From contig JBHGNT010000014.1 in NCBI GenBank assembly GCA_043228905.1, positions 2,666,001-2,730,000 of the forward strand: 64,000 nucleotides of DNA, written 5' to 3'. Each line of letters opens with the position of its first letter. Positions within the stretch are counted from its first letter, which is position 1. Under the pieces are notes generated by a model. It searched no databases and was not told where the DNA came from. It saw only the letters and a program-made list of their open reading frames with translations. A program made the translations under genes and the position numbers. This document shows, piece by piece, positions 37,229 through 48,960 of this stretch. This DNA is from Azolla caroliniana. Its lineage: Eukaryota; Plantae; Polypodiophyta.

Positions 37229-38354
37229 CAGGCGGTTGAGGAGATCCGGTCGGATCGGGTTTTTTCCAAAGTGATTCGGCGGGTTGCGGATGAGTCACTC
37301 CGGTTATAGCACAATCCATACCCAGACGAAGGAAGTTGTTTGAGCTGTTTGCGGGATGCGGAATCCATCCTACAGACCCTCGCGGCGTGCGAGGGAGATT
37401 TGGGAGCGTTCTTGGCTATTGAATCGGATTCGGACGGGGAGCACAGTGCTCAGTCCAATTATCAAAGCAGTCACGACACCCCGGAAAGCTCGGAGGACGA
37501 CGGTTCGGAAAACATACTGACGCCCAAACCTAAAATGACAAAACCGGCATCCCTGGTTAACGAAGCAGGATCGGACGAGCAAGTACCGATACCACCTCAC
37601 AACCGAGTGGAGATAAAAAATGGAACAACCAACGCTACAATAAAAAATAGAATGCTCGAAGAGAGGAGCGTCGGGAACCAGCAAAGGATTATCGACAAGA
37701 GTCGGATAGAAACATCACGAGTGTTCAATCGGAGCAACAAAGATTAGAGCCCAACCGGGCAATATCCGGTTTTCAGCCGGGTAACACAGCAAAAATAGAG
37801 GCTAGTAATACACAAAAAGTGTATTGCTATTATTGCAGGCAAGATGGACACTACAACAACCAGTGTCTGATCAAGACCAATGAAAAACAACCGACAGTTA
37901 ATATGGTGAAAGCAGAGGTGGCCGACATTCAACGGGTCACCACCCGGTCATAAGGAAAGATGGTCGAATGAGAGACTCAAGAAGCAATTCGAAAGCAAGC
38001 CATGGAATGGATAGAAAAGGAAAACGAACGGAACATCACCGAAGTACGTGAACAAATGAAGCTTCTGGAGGAAACAATAGGGACCACGAATAAAAACCCT
38101 ACGTGGCAGGCATTATAGGACTACCAGATTATGCTACCACTGGGCCGTCTGCTGCAAATAGTGCCCCGATTCACCGACAGCCTAAAATCGGCATGGGCAC
38201 CACAAAACTCTGAGTCAGCTCGAATCTTCTTTTCTAATCCGGAGAAGAACCGGTAATGGTGGACACCAGTAGCCCAGGAATCACAGCCATCGTCAAGGGA
38301 CGTGAGGTATCCGGAACAATCGTCAATGGTGGATCGGGGGTGAATGTCATTAGT

Positions 38355-38470
38355 TGTCATGATATGGCAAGACTCGAACCCATGACCTTAGGTTATATGG
38401 GTCAAGCTCTTGACCATTAGATCATCTATTGTAATAGATAGGATATTATTTTCATTTACATTTTATTATA
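38355..38470 (+). mobile_element. Truncated LTR fragment related to the 15240 LTR, at the PR-INT deletion junction
   Basis: Starts TGTCA and shares CAAGA.T.GAAC...TGACCT...TATAT..GTCAAG. Confidence 0.55.
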
Positions 38471-39058
38471 GGAAATTAGTGCAAGGGAAAAGGAGTTCGT
38501 CGTCGGTCGAGCGGTGCTAGTTTTCCAAACCCGCATGGGCCATATGCCAGGGAAGTTACGATTCCGCTGGACCGGCCCGTACTGTATAATTGGAGCGGAA
38601 CAAGGCATGTTCCAACTAGGTACGTTGGCCGGGGAAGTAGTACGGCAAAAGGTGAATGGGTTTCGCCTTAAACCTTACCTGGGCTCTACGCCACCTAACC
38701 CATTCACCGCCAAACAGGACAGAGCCGGAGAACCCGCGGTGTAAATGGACGGCCCCACTTGTACCATAATGTAAAAATAGGTTGTATATAACCATTACGA
38801 AAAAAAAAAAGATAGCGACTCTATTAAAAGGACTAAATGCATGCACAGACTCCTAGTTCAAGAACACGCGGCACCACGATGGCTCACCGCCCAATGAACC
38901 CTAAGCCACAAAAAGAAGGAAATAGAAGATCTTCTGCACAAAACAGAAACCCACCTTCTAGCTATCAACGCTTCCATCACTCCTCCCCCTCACCTTCTCC
39001 TCCATCCTATCACAGAGCTCCAGCCCACCCGTCTCCTTCCCACGGACCTACTCCGGCA

Positions 39059-41765
39059 ATGCCGATCTTCATCTCTACTGCCTTACGCCTGGATGGGTAC
39101 ATCCGGGTCGCAAAGGCACCCCCACACCCGGATGTCATGGACATCGCCAGGAAGCTTAACATCGACACGGTCACCAACTCTTCCATCCGGAAAAAGTTGG
39201 ACCCGTCATCTCTAGGCGAAAGGCATTTCGAAATCCCTCCTGCAGAGGCACTGCAACGATATTTCGGGCCCTATTCCTCCTTCGCCGAGGCCTATAGAAC
39301 GAAGCAGATCCCAGATCCCTTCTTCCGTGAGGTTGCCAAGTTCCTATTAGAGGTCGGTTGCGTACATGTCAACGCATATGGGATGCCCAAATAGAAGGCG
39401 GGCATCATTATCGATACCTTTGAGGGGCGTGCGGTCGATTGGGGGGTCATCACGGGGCCAGCGTTAAGGGAAGGCCTATAGGCATATCAGGCAAGAAAAA
39501 AGCTTAGGTCGATCATACAACAGTACCTTACGGTACTATTCCCACCCCGAGGCCTGCCGGCACCGCAGCCCAGCTGACCCACGCCCCCGCCCCGATCCGC
39601 GAAGCGCAGATTAGCGGAGTTAGCGGCCCCAGAGTGGGAAGAGGAACCCCAACCCGCCCAAGTAGACACGCGGACAACACCTCCCGCCCAGCCAGACCCA
39701 CGGACAACGCAGGAGGAATGGCCAACACGTTCCGTGGAAGCAGCCCCAACGCCAGACACCGAAACACGGCAGGATAACCCTAGACCGAAATGGCGTAGAT
39801 TAGACAGGAAAGATGGGCGGGGATTGGTCAAAGACGTCCCCACGGTGGCAGAAACAATGACCGAAGGCGATGGCTCAATAGCTACGAAGCCCATTACCAC
39901 CTTCGAAATCATCCGGGAGCCATGGCCGATCATTATGACCCAGTCCCAACGAGGGAAAGCCATATTGACAGTGGAAAGCGAGGTTTTGGCATATCCAGAT
40001 ATCCCGGATACGGCCCATGAGTTCAGCGCCCTCTTACAGTTCGGAACCTCCTTTGAGCTCATGGAATTCTTGGCAACACAACAGATAAAAGCCTCCCAAC
40101 GAATGGCCGAGGAGCACGTGGAGCACCAGATGATTGAGCGCACCCTAACACAAACGGCGGAGAGCGATGATGAGGACCGGCTAGCCAGGGTCGGCAGACG
40201 GAGGAACATCGGGGTACACCGAGTGGGGATGGAGCTACCCCCACTAAACACGGCCCTAGTCGAAGTCCATAGGGAACTATCAAAGGTCAGCATGGGCACC
40301 AAGGAGATGGCCATTAAAAATAAGAATATCTGGAAGAAGGTGAAAATGACCCAAGCTGAGCTGCAAAAAGCCAACGAACGCATCACGGAGTTGGAAGCTA
40401 ACGCGACTATGGCGCAACACGCAACTCCGCCACCAAACCATGCCATCGACACTTTGAAGGAAGAAATTGAGGCTCAGACCGCCATCGCCTCAAAAGCAAA
40501 AAGGGTTGTGCAGCTAGCGGAATCAGAAATTGACTGCCTTCAAGCTGAACTACGTCAATCCTTAGACAAAGAAAAGGAGATTCGGGCTAACGGCCGGAAG
40601 GCAGTAAAAACCCTTGAAGAGAAACTCGCTACGAAGGTAGCTCAGTACATCCGGACAAAAGACGAAAACGCCCACTTACGGGATGAGGCGAAGAAATCGG
40701 AGGCGGCAATCGTGGGACTCCGGGCCTTATTAGAGAAAAAGAAGGTGTGGTTCGACGAGCAGCTGCTGGTCGAACAGGAAAGAAGGCATCAGCTCAAAAT
40801 CCGCCTAAACAATGAAATGGAGAAATTAGAAGAACAACACGCAAAGGAATCCCAACTATGGGCGGGCCTGAAGTCCACATACGAAGAAGCGGTGGCGGTT
40901 AGGCAGCAAGAAATTGCAAAACTCCAGAAGTCAATGGAAGACGCACGCAACGGTTGCCAGGCCATCACAGACAACGTGTGTATCCTTCTCCAAACAAATC
41001 GGGAGTGGTTCACAACGCATTTGAAAACGGCGCTGGACAAAGGATGGATGGCGTGGGCAACCCAAGCAGCGGAATTGCACGCGTATCATGCGGACTGGGA
41101 GAACCGGCAAAAAGACGGACGAGGTTTCTATAAACTAAATGAGGAGAGCATAGCGAGGACCTAGCGCTAGCGGACAAACATTCTGAAGAACTCGCGCAGC
41201 TCTTAGATGATTTTGGTGAAAGCCAGGAGGAGCTATTTCACCAGATCACACGCGAACATATGAGGAATCCAGCACGACGCCAATTCCGGGCACGGCCGAA
41301 GAAGAGGAACCTAAGGCCGGATCACTAGAAAATACAACGACGGTGAACAGCGCGGACTGACGAGCGGATTCCCCCACAGTACCAGACAACGAAACTGCTG
41401 CCCAAGAGGAGCTCCATCCGTAGGAGCCCGCGCTATCATCGGACCACACGGAGAACGGGGCGGGCCAAGTGGAATCGCAGCCCCACTCCCCAGAACATAC
41501 AAAGACGGCCAACACCACGAAGGAAGTAACGATTGAGACAGAGCCACGGCCGACCGCAAGCACGACGACGGCGGAGCCCAATCCGCTAGCTCAAGAAGAA
41601 CCCACCAAACCCGGACCACCCACACACGACGACTACGACACCAGGAGAAACCATGCCAACCAAACAGGGGAGCCGCACCACGATGCACCTACGGGCCCTA
41701 CGTCGGCTCCGGACGTGGACAACAAAGCAGAGCCAAACATCTGGGCCATTTTGGAAGAAGATTAA
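39059..41765 (+). pseudogene. Extra ORF 3' of pol: globular N-terminal domain, long coiled coil, Pro/Glu-rich tail
   Basis: ORF pieces 38837-39394, 39734-41164 and 41469-41765 separated by stops or shifts; paralog at 42250-44478. Confidence 0.7.
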
Positions 41766-42249
41766 CGGGATGGGTCCGACGTGCCAGGGCACTGTCCCAC
41801 AGGCGTGCTAGGTGTTGTCCGCCGGAATAGTAACCGATGGACAAGAGCATAGGAATAAGAAATAATATAAGATCATAACGCATGTAATGGTTCACGCAGG
41901 AAGCGTGAACGGCTAAATAGTCCCTGCGTATATAAAGGGCAGAAAACCTCTGATAGAGGGAGCATGTAATTTTGAATTGTAAAGAAGCGTATCGTAATAG
42001 AATTCTATCTTCTCTGAAAATCTGTGTATATCTACGGCTGATCTACTGTGTGTCTAGAATACCTGAGCATGTAAGAACGTAAGTGTAACCATTGCTAAGG
42101 AGTTGGTTGTAGCCGTCTCCCTTATACGTTGATAGGTTACAGGGAACATTCCCCTACGCATTACGCATAGACGCCTATTCGTTGTTCCACAACCACTTGA
42201 AGGTCTAGGTCGAAGGACTGACCGCAGACCGTGTTCCTAATCGGTAACA

Positions 42250-44978
42250 CAACTCCTCGCCAAGCACACTCCCAGATGGTCAGAGGGAGGATAGGCGCAA
42301 AAGGAACAGGAACCGTCAACACAGGTGGAAAAGGAAAAACCAAGCCGGAAACAGCAGGCGGAGATGGAGACGCCGACGAAGCTACCGGTGAAGCCACTAA
42401 AAATAAAATTGCACTGGCAAGCGTAAGAGTTGCTCACCTTGGCTCAAAAGATTAACATTGAAACCTAGGAGGAGGAGGTGGACGAAGAACCCGCTAACAA
42501 TCTCCAACATCGCCAACGAAGACGCAACGTGGAGGAGCACGGGGACGGATCGGATCCAAAGAAGGACAACACACCGATTCCCCATGCCAAGGGACGAGAG
42601 CTAGGGCAGGATACGGACCATGTTGGGCCAGAAGCGGTGGCACCGGTTATACTAGAACCAGTGACGAAACTAAACATCTCACCGGGTTGCCAGGCGCAGC
42701 AAGAACAGGAGTTGCGGTCGGAGCCAGCAGTACAACAAGGGCTCGAGGCGAGACCAAAGCCAGCACCACTATCAGAACCAACGAGACAACAAGGCACCGG
42801 CAGTCAATGGTTGTGTTGGATCGGAGAGTAGGTAGCTAGGGTGGTGAGCCGAATAGAAGAAGAAGAAAAAGCACAATGGGACTGGTTTTTCGCCACCACC
42901 GAGGAATTGGAGAAGGCCCGGACACGAATCGGGAGCTTGGAAGAAGACCTAGACAAGGCCAAGGCAGACGCAACCAAGGAGGTCCTTACCGGGCCAACTA
43001 TATCAAAACCGATGGCACTAGTAAATTTACAAACAAGCTCTGAATCGGTGGCTTCTACAGAACCGGAAAGCAGTAATGCACAAGAGCAGGAACTCTCCAA
43101 CCTAAGGGAGGAGTTAGTAGATCAGGAGACCTTGCGGGCCAGAGACAAGGAGCAGAAGAAGACAGTAGAGGAGGAGAAGCGAAAAATAGAAGAAAACCTC
43201 CAAAAGACTCAGGCAGCCAACAGTCGGTTAAAAGAGGAAAAAGAAAAATTGTTGCAAGAGAAAGACAAGTTGTGCCGGATGGTAGAAGGAGAGATTGAAC
43301 GACTGAAAGAAGAGCTCCGATAACAGAAAGACAGAGAAGACCGAGCAAGAAGTCAAATCAACCGGAGGTTAAATCAAAAGACTCGGGACTTTGAAAGACT
43401 ACACCGGGATCACAAGCACTCAAAAGCAGAGTACAAGAAGTTGATGGCGGAATGTGACCAATAGTAGGAGAAGATTAGAGAACTCCAGAATGAAGTAACC
43501 AAGAAAACGGAGGCGTTGGCGGAAGAACGAACGAAGGCAGTTGAGTCGGCAAAGCTACTAGAGGAAACGGTAAGGGAACTGACGGTGCTCACTGGATAGT
43601 ACTATGAAGAGATGGAACGAGAAAAATTGGCTCTGAATAGGGTTCAGACAACTTATCAGACTCAATGGCTGGAATATGGGGTGCAAGCACAGGCAACCGC
43701 GAGCTTGGTAAAGAAGTTAAAGGAGGAAAAGCAAGTTGCGGAGGACAAATCCACAATGGGGACCAACCGGATCCGCACCATTGTGCTAGCATGGAAAGAA
43801 AGGACAAAGAGTATGATTGATGAAAGCTCAGTACAATGGTGGTCAAAATGGGCACAACAAGCGGCGGAATTACAGACTCTGCGAGCAGATGTTGAGAACC
43901 GGAGAAAGGACGGTGACAACTTCTATAAGTTGGATGCGGAGAGTATTGTAACCACTAGGGAAGAGTTGTCAGATGATTGTTTGTCCCTGGCAGGAGAACA
44001 ACCGGCGGCTGTAAGACAGCTCGTAGAACAATTAGATGATGACCAGCTCAGAACTCAACTCCAATTCGAGTGATTCGAACAAGAGCGTAGACGGTAGGAG
44101 GCATCACGAAGGACGGTGGCGATCAACATAAGTGATGGAGAGCAATCTCTGGAGCACCCACCAAATCCAGCCGGAGCCTGAGGAATGCAGCCGGATGAAG
44201 CCAGAATGGTTCAGCCGGGAGAGACCGTACCAGAACAGCCAATAGAAGTCGAACGGGAGAAGCCAAAAGTGGAAAGAGCAAAGGTAAGAGCAGAAGAAGC
44301 CAAAGAAGACGCAACTGCCAAAGCAGGAAGGCAGCAGCCACCGCAGCAAGAGCTAGAGTAGCCACAACAGCAAGAACCGGAATAGCCACAACAGCAAGAG
44401 CCAGAGCAAGAGCGGCAAAGCGAGGAACCCCTCGAACCTCTTGACCAAAGCATTGTGGACATACTTAATGAAGAATAGTGGAGCTAACCCGTGGGTTCGA
44501 CGTACAATGTACTGTCCCACGGGCGTGCCATGTGTTGGCCAATGGCGGCCAAGTATGGAAGGAGGAAGAGGCGAGTTGGTTCCTAGAAATATAATTAAAT
44601 AACTAAGAATTATGTTAGGAACGGATGGATCTGGAAGAGGTATGCCAATTTGGATCCGGACCGATTCATAGCCGGTTGTTGGTTAGGCACCATTTTGTAG
44701 CACAGACCGTATGCTTATAAAAGGATCTAGATATCATTGTCTAAATGACGGAACATTAATATAAGAGCATGTGATTATTGTCTATCTGATCTTTATTCCG
44801 TCCTGTGTTTAATGTATTGATCTTACGCATGTAACACTGTGTGTTGTGAATCGGATCTCCACCGGACGTTAACCGGTTGAAACCTATCGGAGTCAGAAAT
44901 CCTTACCGCAACCACCCCTTTAGTGAAGTGATCCGGAAGGACACCCTATGTTAGTGGCTAGTCCGGCCCAAAGTAACA
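42250..44978 (+). mobile_element. 3' part of related gypsy element M: coiled-coil extra ORF remnant and 3' LTR 44533-44978
   Basis: WAQQAAEL...ENRRKDGDNFYKLDAESI matches WATQAAEL...ENRQKDGRGFYKLNEESI in element L. Confidence 0.85.
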
Positions 44979-45477
44979 GATGTCGGTGGCTAACTACACT
45001 TCCAAGATCAAAGAGATCTGCGACTCCCTCATCTCCGTCAACGTGAACATCGAGGAGGACGAAATGGTGCAGGTTTGCCTCAAAGGGTTGGCATCAAAGT
45101 TCGGAGCATTCCAAACGACGGTCTGCACGAGGGAGAATACACCTTCGTTTTTTGAGCTACAATCGATGTTGCTCGTAGAAGAAAACCACTCGGGTGCATC
45201 GACGAGTACGCACACCGACAACAAAATGTTGTACACGGAGGCAGATCAGCCCCGTGATCATGATGGACGAGGCAGGTCAGCGCATAATGGAGGCAACCGA
45301 CATGAGTAGAACTCGAGGCATAATTGAAATGTCGACAACAGTTCCAGACCCTCCACGAGTAGGGGGAGTCAAGGCGGCGTTGGAGGTCGGCAAGGAAAGG
45401 TCGCGACAGACTATTGGTACTGTGGCCGGAAGGGCCACAGAGAGTACGATTGCTGGAAAAAGCGAACCTATTTGGAT
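44979..45477 (+). pseudogene. gag: Copia gag fragment
   Basis: MSVANYTSKIKEICDSL...LQSMLLVEENH and a CCHC remnant. Confidence 0.8.
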
Positions 45478-47100
45478 TGTTGAGAATCAAGCTCAACATA
45501 GTGCAACGTGTGAACACACCTTTTGAGAATCTATGATTACTCAAAGGTCAAGAGTCACACCACTACTCTCTACACATTAACTATGTGTCATAGAATCATA
45601 TTCTATGACACATAACTAATGATTTACATATTCCCCATGACTATGAGTCTTCACATTCCCCAAGAGAGAGTGATTGTTGTAGTTAGTTAAGGAAGAGAGA
45701 GGGTGACTATATATAAAGCACCCTCCTCATACTTCATACTAAGTTGGTTGTGACTCCTTGTAATACTACATTTTTGTATTTCATATTCTGCTTGTGAATA
45801 TAAATCTTCTTCTTCTTGAGTATTCTATTTCCATTCTATCTATCCATCTTGTGTCTTCTCTTCTACTCTCTATTTCCTCTCACACATACACATAACACAT
45901 ATCTCTTCCGCTATACAAGAATCATACCCGATTCTTTACATAGTATCAGACCAGTTTGGTAGCTCGATCTAGCCCATCCACATGTGTTGTGTTCTACGCC
46001 AACATTCGAGAAGAACCGGTCCATCGCTATTGTAGTGCGACTACATAGCTCGTATTCGAGAGAGAAGGAAAAGAAAAGAAGGAAGAAATCTTCATCAACA
46101 ATGAATACTCAAATGGGGAGCGCTCTCCCTAGCGAGAAGCTAGATCGAAACAACTTTGCATCTTGGGAGTACAAGATGCACCAATACCTTGTCAGCCAAG
46201 GCTATTAGGGTTACATCAAAGGAACACAAGGAAATTGACCCGACCCGAAAGACGCTGACTATGCAACATGGGAGCAAGTGGCAAGCTGAGTGATGTACTG
46301 CTTGGCAACATGTGTTCACGACCACATGCTCGGCTACATTCGAGAAGCCGAGACGCCAAAGGAAGTGTGGGAAAATCTACGAAAGATTTTCACCGCCAAC
46401 ACAACCGCGAGAAAGCTTCAACTCCACCAAGAGTTGAATAACATCCAACAAAGGGATATGTCCATCACAAGCTACACCTTGAAGATCAAGGAGCTTTGCG
46501 ACTCGCTCAGCTCAATAAGGATCAATGTGAACAATGATGAGATGGTGCAAATATGCCTCGACGGCCTTGCACCACAGTTCGGCGCGATGAGGACTGTCGT
46601 ATTAGCATGGGAGAATCCACCCTCCTTCTTCGATCTTCAATCCATGTTGTTGGTCGAAGAAAACCATGTTCAAACAAGGAGTAATACTTGAGAAGGCCAC
46701 ATGCTTTACTCACACTCGAATGGAGGAAGAGGACGCAATCGTGCAAGAAGAGGCCAATTCGGCCAAGGACGAGGTGGACGAGGACCGACTTACGAAAACA
46801 ACTCGCAATTTTGGCATCAAGACAGAAGCCATCGAGGAACCTTCGGAAGAAGGGGGAGCTTCTATTCCGGTCCGAGCCGACAAAACTTGGTCGAATGCGG
46901 ATATTGCGGAAAAATCGGTCACCACGAAGAAGAGTGTTGTAAGAAGATGCGCGAGTCGGCTTCCACTAGCCGACAACTCACCAATTACGCCACCAAGTCC
47001 GACTATGACGATCGTGGCGGAATGTTTGTGATGAGACATAGAGAAAATTCTATGTCGGCTTCTACTTCGAATAGCGCATCTAGTCCGGAAGACGTTTTCA

Positions 47101-47944
47101 TGTTGTAAATACTTGTGCTCAACAAAGTGGTTAAAAGATAGTAAAATATGGACACAAGCTGGTCATGACACTTTAGGCATGATGGTGGATGCTTTAGTTG
47201 AAGGTAGATTTGAAGAATCAAGATGAATTGATGTGACATAGTCAAAGAGTGCCTTTACAATGGGCAGTCAATGTTTTCGTCGTAATATTTCAAGGGAATA
47301 TTGTATTTAAATCAATCAACGTTCTTTGGAAATCTTGCTCGACGTGCTACAAATGTCTAGAAGGGGTCGTAGATAGAATCAAGCGTCTTCATACCCAAAA
47401 TACAAAATCTATCGGTTGCATGCAAAGGAAAGTGGCTGAAGTGTTACATGTGCGACATGTGGCAAGATACATGCAAGAACTAACAATTAAGCCACTATAG
47501 TATATAACTATAAGTGTGGAAACCTTGAGAATAGGATAGCCTGAGAAGATCTCTCTTGATGTAGTGTGTGTTTTTATATCTGTCTTGTTAATAGATAATC
47601 TATTTTCATTCTCCTTTCCTCTTTTCATAGATTATGATACATATCTTTGTCAATTCCAATCTCTTATTTGTTGTACATGAATGATTATCATAAAATATTG
47701 TAAACCCTCTTTGGTGTAGTGAGAATTTATATATATATATATATATATTATTATCAACTCTTGATATAGATCCTCCCCTCTCATATTTCTTCATTGATTG
47801 TCTTTGTCATACCCATTCATCTCCTTTTGTGTTTGTGGTCTTTCTTAAACTCAAAGATGTTGTTATGGTGCCCCATGATGATGTGCCTTGTGTGTTTCTA
47901 GATGTATTGTGCTAGAGTTTTCAGAGGCAAATTCTTGCGCAACA
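47101..47944. mobile_element. Solo-LTR-like insertion just before the protease active site
   Basis: TGTTG...CAACA termini, AT-rich; no matching 5-bp TSD. Confidence 0.65.
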
Positions 47945-48960
47945 AAGTATGGTTCGTCGAGTCCGGTGCCTCGAACCATATGACGTCTCATCAAGAATGG
48001 TTCCAAGAACTTCAAGAGCCGGACCGACCCGGCAATGTCGAAACTGGAGATGACACTACACATCCGATTCGACACATCGGCAATGTCCCATTCGGCAAAG
48101 AAGGTAACCAAACTTTTATTAAGAATGTCTTGCATGTACCAACCATTACGAAGAATTTGGTCTCCGTCAGCTAAATTGTTGAGCAAGGGATGCAAGTACG
48201 ATTTAATCAAGGCCGTTGCTTCATCGAAAAAGAGGGCCGACTCATCGCTCGCGTACGAAGAGAGGGCCAAATGTTCATCCTCGACTCACACGAGATGAAA
48301 TCAGCCATGTTCGCAAATGGCACGAAAGGTGATTCCAACATAGAGCTATGGCACAAGCGGATTGCCCATATCAACCTCCAAAAGCTCAAGGCAATGCAAT
48401 CAAAAGGAGTCGTCATCGGGCTCCCGACATTCAAGGAGAAAGAGATTGAAGGCATGTGTGCCGCTTGCCAATTTGGAAAGCAACATCGGCACCCATTTCC
48501 GAAGGAGCGGAACGTGAACAAAGGCATACTTGACGTAATTCATTCCGATGTATGGGGTCCGACTCAAACGGCTACATTCGGCGGATGCCGATACTACGTG
48601 GCCTAATCTGCTGATACTACATGGCCTTCATCGACGACTTCTCTAGGCACACCTAGATCTACCCCATGCGACAAAAGAGCGAAGTGTTCGCACACTTCCA
48701 AAAATTTAAGAATGAAGTCGAGAAAGCCATGGGCCGACATGTATGATGTCTTCGGTCGGATGGAGGCAAGGAATACTTCTCCAACGAACTTTCGGCTTTT
48801 CTACAAAAAGAATGAATTCGGCGAGAGTTTTCGTGTCGACATATGCCACAACAAAATGGAGTCACCGAACGAAAGAATCAACACATCCTCGAAGCAGGAC
48901 GGTCCATGATGAACGAAAAGCACCTACCAAAGTCGTACTAGGCAAAAGCGGCTAACGCGG

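Larger units (their letters stand above)
37229..42249 (+). mobile_element. Internally deleted gypsy element L: gag knuckle, PR, INT C-terminus, extra ORF, 3' LTR 41813-42249
   Basis: CYYCRQDGHYNNQC near 37825, IVNGGSGVNVI near 38320, RWTGPY in the 38514 ORF, TATATAAAGGG in the LTR. Confidence 0.85.

Noticed and set aside
39734-41164. Host SMC/myosin-like gene or retroviral env
   Set aside because: Lies between integrase and the LTR in several paralogous elements; no ATPase motifs or transmembrane segments are visible.
48590-48625. Local 14-bp duplication with filler in integrase
   Set aside because: Ordinary repair or excision footprint in a dead element.
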